DNA of 64,000 nt, from UHGV virus genome UHGV-1579991. One strand, 5' to 3'. Position 1 is the first letter of the stretch, and each line of letters starts with the position of its first letter. A model generated the notes under the pieces. It was given only the letters and a program-made list of their open reading frames with translations. It searched no databases and was not told where the DNA came from. A program made the position numbers and the translations under genes. Shown piece by piece: positions 60,398 to 64,000 of the stretch. The DNA is from a virus.

Positions 60398-60883
60398 TCA
60401 TTTGTAGTGTTCAGTTATGTATGCAGAGCATAGCAAAACAACTGATACACAAATGACAATGTATGTTGGCGTAATCAGTGTCACATTGAATAACAATGCA
60501 GTCAATGCGCATACTGTTACTGATATGAGTGTTGAAATGAATGCAGCATATGCACTAAACTTGCTTTTTAACAAACGTTCGATGATATATGTTGTCGCAA
60601 CAGACAGTAAGACTACACATGCAAATAACAACAGCCAAGTTGAGTTTGACGTTGTCGGCTCTTCAATAAACTGCAATGTTGCTGATGGCACTTCAATATT
60701 GTTTGATGCTTGTAATGTGCCACTTGCAGCATCTGCGTACATCACAGTTAAGTAGTGTCGTTGAATTTCTGCTGCGTCTACTTTATAGATTCTATGCCAT
60801 GCAACATCTGATATGATGTATGTTGCAGCCATAAATGCAGCAATGCATAGCATATAAGAGCCAAACTTTGCAATCGGTTTCAT
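60398..60883 (-). CDS. multi-pass membrane protein, about 161 aa; start trimmed
   Basis: Several hydrophobic helices; first ATG with a sensible N-terminus is at 60883 (MKPIAKFG). Confidence 0.55.
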   Translation of the reverse strand: MKPIAKFGSYMLCIAAFMAATYIISDVAWHRIYKVDAAEIQRHYLTVMYADAASGTLQASNNIEVPSATLQFIEEPTTSNSTWLLLFACVVLLSVATTYIIERLLKSKFSAYAAFISTLISVTVCALTALLFNVTLITPTYIVICVSVVLLCSAYITEHYK

Positions 60884-61258
60884 GCAAATATATTTTTGTT
60901 TGTATATGTACATAAAAGAGCAAGTTCTCCACATTGAGAACTTGCTCAGCTGACCTGTTACCAGGTGAAAGCGTGGTGCAGCACCTTGTGCTGCAATGGC
61001 TATGCTGCCATCGCCATAACGGGCTGAGCATTGCCCAGCATCATTACACGACCAGCTGCATTAAGCGTACGCTTTGCTTTGTTGAAAAATTTGCCAGTTA
61101 TCTGGTATCTGCACATCTATTCAAGCGACCTACTATGCAATCAAATGCCTGTCGAGCCCAATGTTTGAGCAGTTGTTTGTCAGATGCTCAGCTGACTGCA
61201 GTCTTTCTGAGTGTATCAAGTTCAGCGATTCTGCATCTTTGCTAAATGGCAATGGTTC

Positions 61259-61300
61259 AGGTGGACTCGCCGAGAATCGAACTCGGGTCTTACATAGCGC
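61259..61300 (-). other. tRNA 3'-half-like element (T-arm plus acceptor 3' strand) with no 5' partner
   Basis: CCGAG/TTCGATT/CTCGG T-arm followed by CGAGTCC-A-CC; no complementary 5' acceptor strand was found upstream. Confidence 0.2.
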
Positions 61301-61342
61301 ATCCTTGACTTGGTCCTGTAAACAGGGTTGTCAACATGCATT

Positions 61343-61413
61343 GCAATACGACAGGACTCGAACCTGCGACCTCGGATTGGACGTCCGCGCTCTTACCGCT
61401 GAGCTACGTATTC
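61343..61413 (-). tRNA. tRNA-like gene with canonical D- and T-arms but non-canonical anticodon arm (possible pseudo-tRNA)
   Basis: GCTC/AGCGGTAA/GAGC D-arm and GCAGG/TTCGAGT/CCTGT T-arm; acceptor stem 6 of 7 pairs; the region GTCCAAT could not be folded into a standard anticodon stem-loop by hand. Confidence 0.35.
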
Positions 61414-61506
61414 TTATCAATTGACTGCACTGCAATGCAATCAATCGTGCCAATGATATTTGACACGCATAATTGCAGTTATGCGTAACAATTCAAATGT
61501 CATTTG

Positions 61507-61579
61507 AGCCAACTGCAGGAATCGAACCTGTAACCTGCTGAGTACAAATCAGCTGCTCTACCAATTGAGCTAAGTTGGC
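61507..61579 (-). tRNA. tRNA-Thr (anticodon TGT)
   Basis: Hand-folded cloverleaf: 7-bp acceptor stem GCCAACT/AGTTGGC, D-arm GCTC..GAGC, anticodon stem GCTGA/TCAGC with loop TTTGTAC, T-loop TTCGATT; CCA not encoded. Confidence 0.8.
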
Positions 61580-61584
61580 ATAAA

Positions 61585-61658
61585 GTCGTTGGGCCATTGC
61601 AACCCAAACCTATCATCTTTGCCTAACCAAAGATGCAAGCGCTCTCTTACACCACGAC
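61585..61658 (-). other. tRNA-like element with irregular arms (possible degenerate tRNA)
   Basis: Acceptor-like pairing GTCGTGG/CCAACGAC (6 of 7) and a long hairpin CATCTTTG/GTTAGG/CAAAGATG; T-loop atypical. Confidence 0.2.
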
Positions 61659-61661
61659 TTG

Positions 61662-61733
61662 TAGCCGAACTTGGAGTCGAACCAAGCTTTCGAGAATGAA
61701 AATCTCGCGTCCTAACCGATAGACGAAACGGCC
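61662..61733 (-). tRNA. tRNA-Glu (anticodon TTC), with two mismatches in the acceptor stem
   Basis: D-stem GTCT/GGAC, anticodon stem CGAGA/TCTCG with loop TTTTCAT, T-arm CTTGG/TTCGACT/CCAAG; acceptor 5 of 7 pairs. Confidence 0.55.
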
Positions 61734-61916
61734 AAGAGCAGTTCAAGTCTGCAGCATTGAACTGCGGAAACAATGCCTGTACGGGCAACCAATTGTGCAG
61801 ATACAGCGACATTGCAAAATCACACCGAACCAAGTTTGTGGCTCTTCTGTCTCATAAAAACAAGTAATCATTACACTTGGCACCAATGATTTTGATGTAA
61901 AAATCGGTGTGTTACG

Positions 61917-62001
61917 CGGAGAGTAAGGGATTCGAACCCCTGGTACGTTGCCGTACAGTGGTTTTCAAGACCACCGCCATCGACCGCTCGGCCAACTCTC
62001 C
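61917..62001 (-). tRNA. tRNA-Ser (anticodon TGA), type II with long variable arm
   Basis: Acceptor GGAGAGT/ACTCTCC, D-arm GCCGAGCGGTCGATGGC, anticodon stem GTGGT/ACCAC with loop CTTGAAA, long variable arm, T-loop TTCGAAT. Confidence 0.8.
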
Positions 62002-62194
62002 ATAAAACATTGCATAAGCATTCTTATCTCTTGATGAGGCCAAGTAGCTAATTTGGCAAGTTTGTTATATCTATCGTGACTGTTGCAGTTTGTTGTCACT
62101 CAATACACAAAACTTTCGAACATTCATTGACAACACTGCAATATCGCTTTTTAAGCTCAGCCATCAATGTATTTATGCAATGTATAACAATTCG

Positions 62195-62276
62195 TAGCCA
62201 AACCGGGACTTGAACCCAGACTCCTAATGGAACAACATTTTGAGTGTTGCGTGTCTACCAATTCCACCATTTGGCC
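62195..62276 (-). tRNA. tRNA-Leu (anticodon CAA), type II
   Basis: Acceptor GGCCAAA/TTTGGCT, anticodon stem CAACA/TGTTG with loop CTCAAAA, 13-nt variable arm, T-loop TTCAAGT. Confidence 0.75.
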
Positions 62277-62373
62277 ATTTGCAAATGCAAGCTGTTTCAC
62301 AACTGTTTGCATTTGCATTTGCATTGTTTAACACACTAAAATATGATTCATCTAATCAAAAACCAGAGAATTG

Positions 62374-62446
62374 TCGAGAATGTGCGATTTGAACGCCAAT
62401 TATACGTCCCAAACGTATCGTGTTACCGGATTACACTACATTCTCG
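62374..62446 (-). tRNA. tRNA-Pro (anticodon TGG), with irregular D-arm and T-stem
   Basis: Acceptor CGAGAAT/ATTCTCG perfect; anticodon stem ATACG/CGTAT with loop TTTGGGA; T-loop TTCAAAT. Confidence 0.6.
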
Positions 62447-62453
62447 TTAATTG

Positions 62454-62524
62454 TTGAACTGTCTGGACTCGAACCAGAAATATATCATCCAAAGTGATAT
62501 GTGTTACCATTACACCACAGCTCA
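62454..62524 (-). tRNA. tRNA-Gln (anticodon TTG)
   Basis: Acceptor TGAGCTG/CAGTTCA (one G-T pair), D-stem GTGT/ACAC, anticodon stem TATCA/TGATA with loop CTTTGGA, T-arm TCTGG/TTCGAGT/CCAGA. Confidence 0.8.
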
Positions 62525-62629
62525 GTATATAATGTATGCTTGTGTTATTATGTATATTTGTTAGTAATTATATGAATAATATACTACATTTATTTATGAT
62601 TTGCACCATATACTGCAACTTTGTATCAC

Positions 62630-62992
62630 TTAATTGCACAATGTGACTCTGTCTTTAAGTTTATGCATGTGTAGCACGTTTGCAATATCTACTGGCAACT
62701 TATATGACCCATCAGATATTGCAAATGCTGCAAGTTGCATAATCAAATCTGCATTGTCTGTAAGAACTTCTGCAAATTTACTGGCATCACAACATGCGTA
62801 ATACTTGCGAATTGTTGCTGCTTGCTTTTGTATGATGACACGCACATATACAGTTTGAGCAATGACTGCGCGTCGTAAATCAACTTTGACAATACACATA
62901 GTGTCATCGTCGTCTTTCACGACATGTCGCCATACGCCGTCATTGCAAATGCCATGCTGTGCTATAAGTGTTTTAGTGATATCAGACATCAT
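62630..62992 (-). CDS. hypothetical protein, 120 aa
   Basis: ORF downstream of the tRNA cluster. Confidence 0.55.
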   Translation of the reverse strand: MMSDITKTLIAQHGICNDGVWRHVVKDDDDTMCIVKVDLRRAVIAQTVYVRVIIQKQAATIRKYYACCDASKFAEVLTDNADLIMQLAAFAISDGSYKLPVDIANVLHMHKLKDRVTLCN

Positions 62993-63037
62993 CTCTACTC
63001 AAATATAATTTTTTGATAATAAAATTCCATACAAATA

Positions 63038-63535
63038 TCATTCGATGTTACCAGATAATATCCGAATGGCATCCAATGCATTTTCTCGTATCAAGCCAAA
63101 CTTACCTATAACTTGAACAAAATGTTTGTCATTTTCAAATGTTGAGTCATCAAGAATGACATATTGTTTGATGTTATGTTTCTCAACAAGCGCAGGCACT
63201 GCAGCAAATCTGTCATGAAAGCCCTCAGCATAAATTGATGGCAACAAATAGCCTGGCATATTGCGCTTAAGCCACATTATCTTGCAGTCATCAAGAATAG
63301 CCCAACTGCTTATTAAGCATATTGCACCAACATCTGACATTTGACAAATGTATCTCAACCAGCCAACACAACGTTCATCGAACAATTGGCCAAACTCATC
63401 TTTTGACTGCACATCCATGTTTGCACGATGCTTTGACATGTGCAACATATTGAGATTATCTTGGCTATTCAGAACACCATCAATGTCCAAGAATATCACT
63501 TTGTCAGGCCAAATCACTTTGTTTGTTGTGTTCAT
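63038..63535 (-). CDS. HAD-superfamily hydrolase-like protein, 165 aa (phosphatase or nucleotidase type)
   Basis: Motif I FLDIDGVLN (DxDG) and C-terminal VILDDS. Confidence 0.55.
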   Translation of the reverse strand: MNTTNKVIWPDKVIFLDIDGVLNSQDNLNMLHMSKHRANMDVQSKDEFGQLFDERCVGWLRYICQMSDVGAICLISSWAILDDCKIMWLKRNMPGYLLPSIYAEGFHDRFAAVPALVEKHNIKQYVILDDSTFENDKHFVQVIGKFGLIRENALDAIRILSGNIE

Positions 63536-64000
63536 GACGATGTTTTGTTATGTCTTCTACTGTTAGCTTGAGTTCAGGCCAAGTGTCAAACACTTTCTGC
63601 AGCTGCTCATCTGACTTGTTAAGAAGCTTCTTGTATATTGTGTGTATTGATTGATAATGAGCATCAAGAGCTTTGCCGATGTGCACAAACGGTATTTGCA
63701 AATGCACAATGCAATGCAGTATGAATGCTTGTTTACGAAGTCTTTGAACACCGCCATCCAAACGCCAAATTTGTAGTACACCTGCATTCAGTGCATCTTC
63801 ATACAATGACTGTACAACTTGTATGTTATGTTCTGCTGTAGCACGTTTGTTATCGCGCTTTGCTGCTGCAAGCGACCTACGTGAATCTGGCATTGCTCTT
63901 GTGTGCTTAGTAGTCTGTACTGTGACATCATTGATATGACTATGAATGTTCTCAACATCAATGAATTCAGTACGATGTTCTTTTGCTGCAGTTTTTCGTC
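63504..64000 (-). CDS. hypothetical protein, 5'-partial at the window edge
   Basis: Frame of track ORF 63504-63893 stays open upstream to the end of the window, so the gene probably starts beyond position 64000. Confidence 0.5.
   Translation of the reverse strand, partial: RKTAAKEHRTEFIDVENIHSHINDVTVQTTKHTRAMPDSRRSLAAAKRDNKRATAEHNIQVVQSLYEDALNAGVLQIWRLDGGVQRLRKQAFILHCIVHLQIPFVHIGKALDAHYQSIHTIYKKLLNKSDEQLQKVFDTWPELKLTVEDITKHRHEHNKQSDLA

Noticed and set aside
61259-61342. Full-length tRNA at the right-hand end of this element
   Set aside because: Only the T-arm and 3' acceptor strand are present; no complementary 5' strand, D-arm or anticodon arm could be folded, so it is reported only as a fragment-like element.

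Overview
The window reads as about 64 kb of a large tailed dsDNA phage genome, virulent in appearance: no integrase, rRNA or CRISPR array was seen. Nearly all genes lie on the minus strand in long co-directional arrays separated by hairpin terminators; the terminase large subunit is the main plus-strand gene. Layout: (i) 1-180, tandem 84-bp repeats at the window edge; (ii) 0.25-8.1 kb, an accessory cassette of four small paralogous genes whose conserved leaders are separated from their bodies by coding-strand poly-G tracts, all out of frame by the same +1, followed by three proteins sharing an Ig/BACON-like N-terminal domain; (iii) 8-35 kb, a structural and tail block with a tape-measure-like protein, a fibre-like 1135-aa protein and a sigma-70 family factor; (iv) 36.8-38.8 kb, terminase large subunit; (v) 38.8-60 kb, DNA metabolism and replication genes (DHFR, NAD-ligase-like, 5'-3' exonuclease, clamp loader, P-loop helicase, topoisomerase II A-subunit-like) interspersed with three paralogous repeat-rich homing-endonuclease-like genes, one frameshifted; (vi) 61.2-62.5 kb, a minus-strand tRNA cluster. 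The most unusual feature is the poly-G leader/body cassette at 0.7-2.3 kb. Everything was done by eye with no tools: CDS coordinates follow the supplied ORF track, with starts trimmed where stated; hand-indexed non-CDS coordinates may be off by 1-2 nt; all protein calls are motif-level recognition, not database hits.
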